Positions 26,679 through 39,967 of a stretch of 64,000 bases of DNA are shown here, in pieces (the first letter of the stretch is position 1; each line of letters starts with the position of its first letter). The DNA comes from Octopus vulgaris (Eukaryota): the NCBI GenBank assembly GCA_951406725.2, contig OX597840.1, positions 14,384,001-14,448,000 of the forward strand. Direction: 5' to 3'. A program made the translations under genes and the position numbers. The notes under the pieces are model-generated. The model made no database searches. It saw only the letters and a program-made list of their open reading frames with translations, and had not been told where the DNA came from.

Positions 26679-27017
26679 GTGAAAGCGCATAGCTCAGTGG
26701 TTAGAGTGTCGAGCTTATGATCTTGAAGTTGTGAGCTTGAATCCTGGACTGGGCTGCGTGTTGTGTTATTGAGCAAGACACTTTATTTCACATTGCTCCA
26801 GTTCACTCAGCTGTAGAAATGAGTTGCGATGTCATAGGTGCCAAGCTGTAACGGCCATTGCATTTCCTTTGGATAATACTGGTGGTGTAGAGAGGGGAGG
26901 GTGGTATGCATGGGTAACTGCTGGTTTTCCATAAACAACCTTGCCCGGACTTGTGCCTAGGAGGGTAACTTTCTAGGTGCAATCCCATGGTCTGTGTTGT
27001 GACCGAAGGGGGTCTCA
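26679..27017 (+). mobile_element. tRNA-derived SINE family C, tail variant 1
   Basis: A box 'tagctcagtggttag', B-box-like 'gcttgaatcc', shared core, tail 'ggtgcaatcccatgg...gaccgaagggggtctc'. Confidence 0.9.
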
Positions 27018-28084
27018 GATGTGTGTGTTTGTCTTCCACCACCACTGGACAACTGATGTTGGTGTGTTTACATCCCTATAACAGCAGTTTGGCAAAAGAG
27101 ATCGATTAAAAGAGGTGTCAGGCTTTCAAAAAATAAATATTGGAGGTGATTTGTTTGGCTAAAATTCTTCAATGTGATGCTCCAACATGGTCATAGTCTA
27201 ATGACGAAAAACAAGTAAAAGATGGATTTCAAATCTCACTAGCAATAAGCTTGTCTTTCATCTTTTAGGGTTGATATAAAAAAAAAATAAGGTGGCATTC
27301 CAGAGGGGCATATCGGTGGAATGATTAAAGTGTCAGACAAGATGCTTTGTGGTATCTGATTCAGCCCTTTGTGGCTCGAGTTTAAATACCACTTCCTGTC
27401 ACTGTAAAAATAAAGAATGGTAACACTTCCGTTAGGAGTTGTGACTAGAAGAAACCATTGCAAAGCTGGTTGTCTTGATTTGATGATCAGCTGCCATCAG
27501 CACACCTCTTTGTGAATGGTTTGGTTTTTACCATTTTATTGATACAACTGGAATTTAATTGGAATTTAACATAGTAAAATGACTTATGAATAAAGAATGC
27601 AAGAAATCATGGCTCAATAATTGCCGCTGGTTTTTTGTTTCATTTCTGCAAACATTTCATAGTCTCCTATTTTCATTTATTTCTTTTAAATATGAAATTC
27701 AAGGTTTTTACAATGTTTGTATAAAATTTTTTTCTCTTCATCAAATTCAAATTCTTCTTCTAAAATGAGAGAGAGAAATAGACAGAAAGACAGACAGACA
27801 GACTGACCAAGACTGCTTGTATTTTAGTTTTTAGTTTTAACTATCATAATGAAGGCCATGCTGGAGTATTGACTTAGATCTTATATGCAGTCTTTATTTC
27901 TGCTAACGTTTCCAACATTCTTCAACTAATAACAAAAAACAAAAAAAGAAAAAAATATGTCTGACTTGATGTTGTACTGCATTTGTATTCTCTGAAGAGG
28001 AATTTCAAATCATTGAATAGAAACTTAAATATTTGAAATTGAATTATTAAAAAGTGAAGAGGAAGAGACTTATTATCAATTAAA

Positions 28085-28480
28085 TTTTTTACAGTGTTTA
28101 TTTTCTTGCCGATGTTTCCGCTTGGATTCCGTCATACTCAAGAGATTATTTTGGTTTCGTGTTTGTATTTGTATAGTTGTCTTTGGTGTTGTGAGTGTTG
28201 TCGTCGTTGTTGTTGTTGTTGATGTTGTTGTTTATTTATGAGGTTCCCAGGGATTAGAGTGAAATTTCAGTTTTGAAGCTAATTGTCGTTGAATTGATGG
28301 TGGTGGTGGGAGGCGGGGACGATGTGGCGAAGAAGGAGTGTTGTGATAATGTTCAAGTAATCCAAAGCAAATGGATGGCTGGGTGAATGTTTGAAGATAA
28401 TTGTATTAAGTTAACGTAGCAGATGATTGGATAGAATTGTCCAATGCTGCTTGTTTCTGGGAACATATGGTTGGTGAGGG
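28085..28480 (-). mobile_element. Possible PLE 3' remnant
   Basis: Minus strand 'cttgagtatgacggaatccaagcggaaacatcggcaag' resembles a decayed HHR. LTNHM...HWTILS resembles the PLE GIY-YIG C-terminal region. Confidence 0.3.
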
Positions 28481-28487
28481 AGACTTG

Positions 28488-28705
28488 TTGTTGTTGTTTA
28501 GCCCCAGGTCAGTCCTGATCAAGCAGTGACCTATGATCAAAGGTATTCAAAGCATGACCATCTAGGATGATTTTTTTTCTTTTTGCTCCCAGATATAGTG
28601 TCTCTGGGACTATGCACCACGCAATATGGCTTATTTCTTTTTAAGGTGCTAAGTTGTGATGTCGCGGGACAGATTTGGCTGCTGTTTCTTACAGGTTGAG
28701 AATTA
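28488..28705. mobile_element. Repeat family F copy
   Basis: 'gttgtttagccccaggtcagtcctgatc...gacctatgatcaaagg...gatttggctgctgtttct'. Confidence 0.65.
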
Positions 28706-29121
28706 ACCAGGTTTCAAATTTGCATGTGTGTATGTACGTGTGTTTGTTGCACATGTTCGTACACACATATGTATGTATGTGTATATGTACATATGTGTAT
28801 ATGTGTTAACATGTGTGCATACAGTTAAGTCTTGTGTACATATGTGTGTGTATATGTGTGTAAATATATATATACTAGCAGTATAACCTGGCCTTCAACA
28901 CACACACGCATATATATATATGCGTGTGTGTGTGTGTGTGTGTGTATGTATTACACTTAGCGCTTCAGAAAAAGAGACCTATAGAATAAGTAGCAGGCTT
29001 ACAAAGAATAAGTCTTGGGGTTGATTTGCTCGACTAAAGGTGGTGCTTCAGTATGGCCATAGTCAATTTACTGAAACAAGTAAAAGAGAATAAAAGAATA
29101 TATATATCTTTATATATATAA

Positions 29122-29386
29122 TCATCATCATTTAGTGTCCGCTTTCCATGTTAGCATGGGTTGGACGGTTCAACTGGAGTCTGGGAAGCCAGAAGGCTGC
29201 ACCAGGCTCCAGTCTGATCTGGCAGTGTTTCTATGGCTGGATGCCCTTCCTAACGCCAACCACTCCGTGAGTGTAGTGGGAGATTTTTATGTGCCACCGC
29301 CACAGGGGCCAGGCGAGGCTGGCAACAGCCACGATCGGATGGTGCTTTTTATGTGCCACCAGCACAGAGGCCCGTTGCGCTGGCAC
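29122..29386 (-). mobile_element. RTE family B 3' end
   Basis: (CAT)n tail, UTR and two repeat units. Confidence 0.9.
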
Positions 29387-29407
29387 ATATATATATATAT
29401 ATATATA

Positions 29408-29595
29408 TGGTGGCACGTAAAAAGCACCCACTACACTCGCGGAGTGGTTGGTGTTAGGAAGGGCATCCCGCCGTAGAAACTCTGCCAGATCAGACTGGAG
29501 CCTGGAGCAGCCCCTGGCTTCCCAGACCCCGGTCGAACCGTCCAACCCGCGCTAGCATGGAAAACGGACGTTAAACGACGATGATGATGATGATA
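29408..29595 (+). mobile_element. RTE family B 3' end, young, head-to-head with the previous copy
   Basis: 'tggcacgtaaaaagcacccactacac...gcatggaaaacggacgttaaacgacgatgatg'. Confidence 0.9.
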
Positions 29596-30329
29596 TATAT
29601 ATCCCTCTTTCTCTAATTCTTACACAAACTTTCTGTCTCACTCTTTATTTTCACTCAAACACACACACACACACACACACATGTATGTACTCTCTGTTTC
29701 TCTTTCTCTCTCTCCACCCTCTCTCTCTCTTTCATGCATACTTACACTCTATTTCTAATTCATAATTGCTAATTTAATCACTGCCCCCCTCCACCTCATC
29801 TATTGAAATCCCAGCATTCATTGTAATAATTCAATTTTATAGTTTTACTTCCCATATCCCATCATGCAATAGGAACATTCCAACAGCCATAAAGAGTTTC
29901 CTTTTCTATTCTCATTCTCTCCCTCCATCCATGCCCCACTCTTCAAATATTTTTGTTTTTTTCCAACTACTCCACTCAATGTCCAACCCTAACGATTACC
30001 TCATCATTTTATTAATTATTATTTTGGTCTCAGTATATAATTAAGAGCGAAATATAATTAGAATTATAGCTATGACATCATTGAATAGAGTCAGCAGCTT
30101 CAATAAAACCCTGTTGAATTGGATTAGGTGGGAGGGAAAGATACTATTGATAATTTTGTAGCTGTTCTTGTTATTGTTTAGCACCAGGAAGGTCAGCTCT
30201 GATCAAACAGACAGACTTACATTCAGTCAAAGGCCTTCCAGTAATGACCAGCCTGTCTCTTTTGCCAAACTGCTAAGTTACAGGGATGTAAACAAACCAA
30301 CACTTGTTGTCAAGTAGTGATGAGGCACA

Positions 30330-30500
30330 AGGGTGGCTGTGTGGTAAGTAGCTTGCTTATGAACCACATGGTTCTGGGTTCAGTTCCACTGCGTGGCACC
30401 TTGGGCAAGTGTCTTCTATTATAGCTTCAGGCCAACCAAAGCCTTGTGAGTGGATTTGGTAGATGGAAACTGAAAGAAGCCCATCATATACATGCGTATG

Positions 30501-30537
<37 letters not shown>

Positions 30538-30741
30538 GTATGTATGTATTTCTGTATTTGTCCCCCGAACATCACTTCACAACTGCTGGTGTGTTTACGT
30601 CCCTGTAACTTAGCAGTTTGGCAAAAGAGACCGATAGAATAAGTACTAGTCTTGCAGCGAGTAAGTCCTGGGGTCGATTTGCTTGACTAAAGGTGGTGCT
30701 CCAGCATGGCAACAGTCAAATGACTGAAACAAATAAAAGAG
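30330..30741 (+). mobile_element. SINE family A
   Basis: Head, core, (TA)n and tail. Confidence 0.9.
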
Positions 30742-30899
30742 TATATACACATATATATATCTTTTAAATTTGTTTATGGGAATCACTTTGAATATGCAAA
30801 TAAAGCTCCTATTCCATTATGCTAGCCCCGGTCTAATGATGCTGACTGGCGAAACAGTTTTTTGGGGAGGGCATTGAGCTGTACTGATATAATGTAGGA

Positions 30900-31340
30900 T
30901 AAATATAATAATAATAAATATAATCCTAGGGTGGAATTTATAAACATTTAATGCATCCCTACGCATGTTTCCACAAATCACATGTCTCTTTAGATTAGTG
31001 TCCTAGGATGATTAAAATCTAGTCTGTAGTGTCCTTGGAAATCGGGTAGATCATCTCGGATTCATTTCTTGGTCTGATATAACATTAATAGATGTTTATC
31101 AGAGGGATGTTTATCTCTTTTGACCATTATGAAGGTTGGTTGAGTTAATCTTATATTACCTGAAGAAATGAATCCATGAAAATATCTACTCGATGTCCAA
31201 GGATTTTACAGACTACATTGTAATCATCCCAGGAATACAGATTCTGATCTTAAGAGAAGAGACGTGTGATTTGTCGAAACACATGTAGGAATGTATTAAA
31301 CATTTATAAATTCCATCCAAGGTTTATTGTTACTGTTATT
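30900..31340. mobile_element. Fold-back PLE-derived element with ~190-bp inverted arms
   Basis: The left arm 'cctagggtggaatttataaacatttaatgcatccctacgcatgtttccacaaatcacatgtctctt' matches the reverse complement of the right end. CTGAAGA at 31160 and GAAAcacatgTA at 31276. Confidence 0.75.
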
Positions 31341-31358
31341 ATATATATATATATATAT

Positions 31359-31649
31359 GTGGAGGCGCAATGGCCCAGTGGTTAGGGCAGCAGACTCGCA
31401 GTTGGAGGATCGCGGTTTCGATTCTCAGACCGGGCGTTGTGTGTGTTTATTGAGCGTAAACACCTAAAAGCTCCATGAGGCTCTGGTAGGGGGTGGTGAT
31501 CCCTGCTGTACTCTTTCACCACTCTTTCTCCCACTCTTTCTTCTGTTGGCCTGCTCGCTTAGCCAGTGGGGTGGTGTCGTTCGAAGGCTAAAACAATGCG
31601 AACGCATTGTGACCAGCAATGTGTAGCAACATCTGATGGTCTGGTCGGT

Positions 31650-31656
<7 letters not shown>
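31359..31656 (+). mobile_element. tRNA-derived SINE (separate family)
   Basis: A box 'tggcccagtggttag', B-box-like 'gtttcgattc', CpG-rich body, flanked by (TA)n. Confidence 0.8.
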
Positions 31657-31679
<23 letters not shown>

Positions 31680-31681
<2 letters not shown>

Positions 31682-32530
31682 CATCATCATCGTTTAACAT
31701 CCATCTTTCACGCGTGCATGGGTAGGACGGTTCATAGGAGCTGGTTCATAGTTAGAAAAACTACCCTATGATACTCTGTTCTTTTTGCCAGGGTTTTTTT
31801 TACATCTGGATGCCCTTCTTAACACCAACCCCTCTGTAGAGTGGACTCAGTGCTTTTTACATGGCTTCTTTCTGCTTCCATCTATCAGAACCACTCACAA
31901 GGCATTGGTCGGCCCAAGACTATATTAGAAAGCACTTGTCCAAGTTGCCACGCTATAGAACCGAACCTGACACCATGTAGTTGGGAAGCAAGCTTCTTAT
32001 TTCTTTATTGCCCACAAGGGGCTAAGCATAGAGGGGACAAACAAGGACAGACAAACGGATTAAGTTGATTACATTGACCCCAGTGTGTAACTGGTACTTA
32101 ATTTATCAACCCTGAAAGGATGAAAGGCAAAGTCGACCTCGGCGGAATTTGAACTCAGAACGAAATGTCAGACAAAATACCACTAATCATTTTGCCCGGT
32201 GTGCTAACGTTTCTGCCAGCTCAACGCCTTTTTGGGCCTCTTTGAGTTTCTGTCTGACAAATCCACCCACAAGGTGTTGGTTGGCCTGAGTCTATAGTAG
32301 AAGACACTTGCCCGATGTGCCATGCAGTCGGACTGAACACAGAACCATATGGTTGGTAAGCAAGCTACTTACCACATAGCCACTCCTGCAGCTTGGGCAA
32401 GTGTCTTCTACCATAGCCTCAGAATGTAACGGCAGACAAAATACTGCTAAGCATTTCGCCCGACATGCTAATGTTTCTGCCAGCTCGCCACCTTAGGAAG
32501 CAAGCTTCTTACCTCACAGCCACACCTGTG
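31680..32530 (-). mobile_element. Nested cluster of RTE-B, SINE A and SINE D fragments
   Basis: Successive recognisable family motifs: D copy at 32000-32230, A pieces at 31860-32000 and 32240-32390. Confidence 0.75.
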
Positions 32531-32607
32531 TCAGTTCAAGATAACATTATATTGGAGTAAATACACTGGTTCGATGACGGTAGTGGTGTCAAGTTTCACC
32601 ACGGAAG

Positions 32608-32655
32608 GATCAATAAATCATCTTGATTGACAGAAGATATATCTTACCATAAATT
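32608..32655. promoter_or_regulatory. Candidate Pbx/Hox/Meis homeodomain site cluster
   Basis: ATAAATCA (TGATTTAT on the minus strand) at 32613-32620, TGATTGACAG at 32624-32633 and CCATAAAT at 32647-32654, in non-repetitive sequence. Confidence 0.35.
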
Positions 32656-33499
32656 ACACAATATGACTAAGAATAATGGTGCATTGAGGGAAGGAGCCAT
32701 GTCAAAGTTGTGGTTGATTTTTTTGTTTCTTCGTGTCATTTCGAATGAGAATGGAGTGGGAGTAAAAAAAAAGTGGGGTTATATTTTTTAGAACATGATG
32801 ATAATGATGATGATAATGATGATGACAATGATGATGATGATAATAGTAATAATAATATTTTTTATTGTATGTATGCAAAATATTCATTAATATTTCAATG
32901 CGTATGAACAACATCAAAAGGATTGTTATAACTGAGAGGTGAAATGATGCAACGTTCAGTCAAACATTATTGTAGATATCGGACACGGTGGGGGTGGGGG
33001 TGGAGTGGTGTGTGTGTGTGGGTGGGGTGGGGGGAGATGTGATGTGGGGAGGAGGAGGAAAGCAAATTGAAAAATAAATAAGTAAAAGTATTTTATATAG
33101 GGGTGTTTTGGTGTGTGAGTGTGCATATATATTTATGTATTTGTATAAATATACGTGTGTGTATATATATATATATATTTGGTGTATGTCTTGTGTCTCT
33201 CTTAATCTGTCTGTCTGTCCATCTCTATATATATACATATATGTATACATGTATATATGTATATGTGTGTATGTATATGTGTGTGTGTGTGTGTGTATTT
33301 ATTTATATATATATATATATGCAATCTATATTATCTGATAAGAGAAAAAGTTGTATATCATATTTCAGACGATATTTGATGTACAAGATTGGAATTTTCT
33401 TTGATCATATGCTGTCTGTGAACCATTTCAATTTGTAGAACAATGCTAGAGGCCAACCATACCTCTTTCTACACACGCACACACACACACACACACAGG

Positions 33500-33543
<44 letters not shown>

Positions 33544-33549
33544 ATATAT

Positions 33550-33596
<47 letters not shown>

Positions 33597-34437
33597 GTAT
33601 ATATATATGTATATGTATATATATATATATGTATATGTATATATATATGTATATATATATATATATGTGTACATACATACATTATATATATATATATATA
33701 TATGTACATACATACATTATATATATATATATATATATATATGTACATACATACATTATATATATATATATATATATATGTACATACATACATTATATAT
33801 ATACTTTGATACTTTGATACTTTGATAGGTTTCGGCCATTATTGGCCCAGGCCATGTCTAACTTAATAGCACCACCTGGTGCTATATATATATATATATA
33901 TGTACATACATACATTATATATATATATATATATCTTGCTAGCAGCCAAGGACCTTCCTTATTTCGTGTTTCTTTGCTAAATGTCTTCAGATCATATTCT
34001 CTGGTTTTACCAGTTTACATTATAAAACCTAGCTTGTTTGTTATTTATTTAATTCTGACATGAAACTCTGACACAACGCTTTTAAGTTTTTGTAAAGGTG
34101 TGTGTATCTGTTTGTGTGTGTATTTGTGTTTAAATGAATGTGTTTAGGCCCAAACCAGGGTGTGATTTGAATGAGAATTTGCTGGTACATTTTAGTAAAT
34201 TAACTGACACCATTGGTATTCTGTTTTGTTTGTAGCTTATAAGTAATGTGTGTGTGTTACTGCTGCATCATTATTATCATCAATTTATGGCTCTTTTCCA
34301 TGCTGGCAGGGGTTGGACTGGTTATCACAATCTGAGCCATTATTCAGAGTCACTACTCTCTTAGACTGGTGTTCATCTGTGTCAGTTTGGTTTGGTTTCT
34401 ATGGCTGAATGCACCTTATTTTGCCAACCACTTACAC

Positions 34438-34468
<31 letters not shown>

Positions 34469-34686
34469 GTGTGTGTTTGTGTGTGTGTGTTTGTGTGTGT
34501 GTATGTGTGTTTGTTTGTGTGTAGTATGTTCTTGCCCAGTCTTTCTCATTCAGAAATCTTCAGTCACTCACAAGTGAGTCTGACTTAGGAGCTTCTACCA
34601 CATTGTCTTTTGTTGTTTTCGGTACCTTCATAGTCAGGAGGAAACAAATTATCCCCTTAACCCTCCCATGCATTTTTCTGTGTGTA

Positions 34687-35563
<877 letters not shown>

Positions 35564-36066
35564 TATATGTAGATATAGATATATACTCCTATTTCCAACA
35601 GGTAGACATACTTGTCATTTGGTTAATTTTAATCCTTCAGCTATTTAATGCTTTTTTGGTGCCTGCAATTTCCTGTATTATTGATTCTGTCATCATTTTT
35701 AAATTATTACACTAGATAATAACAGAATCAATAATATCTTTGCAAATATTTTCTCCTGAATTATTTGCTCCATATTGAAATTATATATATTTATATATAT
35801 CATTGCTATTATGTTAAACTGTTGTATGTCCAGATTTGGCCAAATATGTTTATTTTTATATTTATTTTTGCTTGCAATAGCCCATTCTTTTTGTCAAACT
35901 ATTGTATCTCCAGCTGCTTCAGATGCCAAGTTATCAAAAATTGTCGATGTGTAGTACAATAGTTTTACTATGGAACAGTGGAACTATTTTTATGTTTTCT
36001 GAAAAAGCAACATTTTGGACTTATGACACTTTTGCATAATAGTAACGATATATATATATAGATGTG

Positions 36067-36104
<38 letters not shown>

Positions 36105-36300
36105 ACAAGAAATAATTTTTGCTTCTTTTTATTAAAACAAAAATGGTTTATAGGACTGCAAAAAGAAGTGATCAAATGAAATTGAGACAGAGATAAAAAA
36201 ATATTGATTTCAGAACAAACACTGAATTCAGGCCAATGACATTATATAACACCACACTTCCATACATTTCACCATCATATATATATATATATATATATAT

Positions 36301-36670
36301 AGGTGCAAGTGTGGCTGTGTGGTAAGAAGCTTGCTTCCCAAACACATGGTTCGAGGTTCAACCCCACTGCATGGCACTTGGGGAAGTATCTTCTATGATA
36401 GCCCTGGGCTTACCAAACCCTTGTGATAGATAGAAACTGAAAGAAGTTTGTTGCATATGTGTGTGTGTTTTTCGTCTTTCCATCCCCACCACTTGACCAC
36501 TGATCTTGCTGTGTTTACGTCCCCGTGACCCAGTGCTTCAGCACAAGAAACTGATAGAATAAGTACTAGGTTTACAAAGAATAAGTCCTGGGGTCGATTA
36601 GTTCGACTAAAGGCAGTGCTCCAGTGTGGCCGCAGTCAAATGAGCGAAACCAATAAAAGTATAAAGGAAT
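36301..36670 (+). mobile_element. SINE family A
   Basis: Head, core and tail. Confidence 0.9.
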
Positions 36671-37049
36671 ATATGAAATACACTGAGTATAGATCTGAGA
36701 AGACCATTGTTCAAATATGGACTGCATAGAATGTTAATATACACAGGGTGGCTGGATATACTGTCATGTACTTCATATATTTTTTGTGTGTTTATGTGTA
36801 TGTATATATATGGATGTATATGCAGGATTCTTACTTACATGAAGTGGTATTATTTTCTCATTGGTTAATTATGCAAACTGTTGCTAGGATCTGTGCATTT
36901 GTGTGTGTGTGTATGTGTGTGTGATATTATATCAGTCACAATCCATTTGATAGGGAAGCTGTATTTATACAAGAATAGACCGTACCACTCCTTTCCATAT
37001 TCCCTTGTTCTTAGTGAACCCCATATTTTTCTCATTTTACCCCACCTCC

Positions 37050-37630
37050 ACCCTCCGTCCAATCCTTAGATGTTTCTTACACAAACTCCTACGTTGCCCC
37101 TCCCGAACTTGTTACATCATGGGCTGTCCATATGTGACCATCTTTACTAGAGTTAGAATGCCACTGTATTCCATGCTGTTTACTCATTGATGGAGGAGTT
37201 TTGTGGCTTCAACTCTTCGCAAAAATTATTTTCCAAATGTTCTCATTAGTTCAATGTCCAAGAATGCAAATCATCTCTTCATAAAATCTCCTTTTATAGT
37301 CCATCTTGTGTTTTTCACTTCCAACTTCTAACATCCATTCTTCATTCTCATAAAATGTTGCAGAAATTGTCATTGCTCTTTAAAAAATGGATTCTTGTTT
37401 TTATTGCAATGTTTTCTCACTAAACAGTCTAATTCCTCTAAATCCGCTTCTCCATTTACCACAACCTGACATTTTACTATTTCCTTTGATCTTGCACATT
37501 CTGTTATTGTTTTAAAAATTCACCAGATTCTTCCACCAATTTCTTTCTTCCTATTTCCATGCCATTGACTCATTTCTTTGTCTTCTTATAAATTATCATT
37601 TCACTGCTTCTTTCAGCATTTATTTCCATT
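37050..37630 (-). mobile_element. Degenerate LINE (RTE-like) RT fragment
   Basis: Minus strand ..IYKKTKK.. and ..VVVNGEADLEELD.. resemble the KTK.M and GE.LE.V motifs preceding FxYLG. Many stops. Confidence 0.35.
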
Positions 37631-38261
37631 TCATATGAACTTGTAATTATACCCAGTTGTTGTTGTTGTTGTTGTTTGATCTCGAAATTTTTCTTTTTGG
37701 CTTATTATATTAACATCCTCTTCATCATCGTCGTCATCATCATCGTCATTATCGTCTTCGTCGTCATTGTCATTGATAATGTAATACTCACTTTCCATGT
37801 TTGTGTCAGTCAAACCAAATTAATCGAGGCAGATTTTCTATGACTAGATGCTCTTCCTTTCACCAACCCTCACCTGTATCCAAGTCAGGTAATGTTTCCT
37901 CTTCAAACAAGGACAGCCCAATCACTGGACATGTTTTTATGGTAGATTGCAAGTCAATGACACTTATTGCATAACGGTGACATTTGTTTATAGCTCAAGA
38001 GCATTATGAAGACCGAAGAACATGAATGCTCTCTCACACACACACACACATCTATGTGTCATCATCATCATCATCGTTTAACATCTACCTGCCATGCTGA
38101 CATGGGTTGTGTGTGTGTGTGTAGGCTTTAAAAGGGTGCATTTATTTTTATTATATATATATATATATATATCAAAACCTGTAGAAGAGGTAGATCCAGG
38201 AAGATATGGAATGAGGTGGTGAAGCATGACCTTTGAACATTGGGCCTCACAGAATGAAGTG

Positions 38262-38780
38262 TTAGTCAAGTACAGAGTGGTAATAAGAAAATGAGATGAC
38301 AAAGAAATAAATGATTATCTTATGAACTTCATTAGCTTACAGTTGTTTCTGCTAAAAGATGCGATGCACTCATAGTTGAGTGCTTGAATGTCATTCTAAA
38401 AGCTTCATCAGAGCCTCAGACATGAAGTACAATTTATTTTGGAAAACAAAGTACATTTGTGTGTATACACTGAAAAGCATTAACAATAAGAAACCACACA
38501 TGTATGGTGGGGAGGGTGAAATTCAGGAGCTCCTTCCATAATGAGGATATGATTATTTTGATGTAGAGAAACAGTTATAAAAGCTATCAGTTAAATTATA
38601 TTCTTTGAATATATATATAAATGCATTTGTTTTCCCAAATAAATTGCACTTCATCTTTGAGGCTCTGATTAAGCTTTTAGTATGATATCTCAAGCACTCA
38701 ACTATAGCAGAAACAGCTGTTAGCTAATGGAGATCATTTATTCAATTTCATATTACTGCTCTGTACTTGACTGGTGCTTT
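38262..38780. mobile_element. Fold-back PLE-derived element with an HHR motif on each arm
   Basis: Inverted arms 'gtcaagtacagag...ggaaaacaaa' / 'tttgttttcc...ctctgtacttgac'. HHR motifs at 38334-38415 (-) and 38661-38725 (+). Confidence 0.75.
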
Positions 38781-38939
38781 GTTTTTAATCATACATATAT
38801 TGAGTTCTAACACCAGATTATTAGTACCACTATGCTTAAGTGAAATAATAATAATAATGAAAGTAAACAAAGTTTGCTTTAGTAGCATTGAGATGTCTTA
38901 GAAAGTTAAAGAAGAGATTTTTAAAAATTCTCAAACACA

Positions 38940-39125
38940 GGATAATGCTAAGACAATATGAAGAGCGTGATGTGATTGCAATAGATTGTCCTTGTTCAAA
39001 TTTTTGAATTTGAATTTCTATATATCTCTTTTCATTTTGAACTCGACAAAGACAGGCTCGCTGTTGAAATATCTTTCAACCAACAAAATATCTATTGCAA
39101 TCTAATTGTGCTTTCCGTATTATCT
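38940..39125. repeat. Imperfect inverted repeat
   Basis: gattgcaatagat ... atctattgcaatc, with weaker flanking complementarity. Confidence 0.5.
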
Positions 39126-39770
39126 ATTTACCTTTATGAAGAGTTACGTCAATCCTTTAAACTATAATAATAATAATAATGATAATAATAATAATATGTA
39201 CACAAGAAAAAAATACATGGTCAAACTTTTAGATTTGACTTCTGTACCATGGTGTTAGGCTTCAATATATTATTATTTCACTGCAATAACAATAACTGGT
39301 TTGATATTGTATAAAATTCAAATTTAGTTAAAATGAATTCTTGAGAACAAAATATTGAAAAGAACAGAAATTAAATGATTCCATTTGTATTTGAATGGTT
39401 TCGATAGAATATCAATAGATTAGTTTGTTGTCTGCTCTTCTTCGTATATATAATACACACAATATATATATTAAGATTCAGGTGGGTGAGCAAGGCACTT
39501 AAATGGTAAGGCAACAGGTCAGGTCAAAATTAAACTGCATACACAGCAACTGTAGATGAATACAAACGTTGGTACCAAAGTATAGACAGAAGGATATTCA
39601 GGTTATGCATGCAATTATTTGAATCCAGCTGAGTATATTATCAGCCCTTGGCCTAATCCAGAATTGCACATTGTATTAAATATATGGTCAATAATATACT
39701 TCAGAACATATGAGAAGCATGTTCCAAGAAAGGTGAACCATAAATAAATAAGTAAACGATGGATAGATGT

Positions 39771-39834
39771 CAATTCATTACAGCTGTTTCCAACAAATTT
39801 AAAAAAATTTGTTGGAAACAGCTGTAATGAATTG
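39771..39834. repeat. Perfect 30-bp inverted repeat with a 4-nt loop
   Basis: caattcattacagctgtttccaacaaattt-aaaa-aaatttgttggaaacagctgtaatgaattg. Confidence 0.95.
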
Positions 39835-39852
39835 TGACCTATCTACCATTTG

Positions 39853-39898
<46 letters not shown>

Positions 39899-39925
39899 AG
39901 AGATGGAATAAAAAGATTTTATTTA

Positions 39926-39967
39926 GTATGACACATGTTTCGACTCATTCAGGGTCTCTTCAGGTAC
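39926..39967 (-). ncRNA. Minimal type-I hammerhead ribozyme motif
   Basis: Minus strand: gtac-CTGAAGA-gac cctgaatga gtc-GAAA-catgtg-TC-atac. Confidence 0.65.

Noticed and set aside
27988-28045. CTGAAGA followed by an aatttcaaat/atttgaaatt stem
   Set aside because: No correctly placed GAAA, stem III or stem I, so it is not called as an HHR.
32988-33060. G-rich potential G-quadruplex (also 14990-15080, 47610-47665)
   Set aside because: Low-complexity G/GT runs are common in this sequence, and there is no evidence of function.
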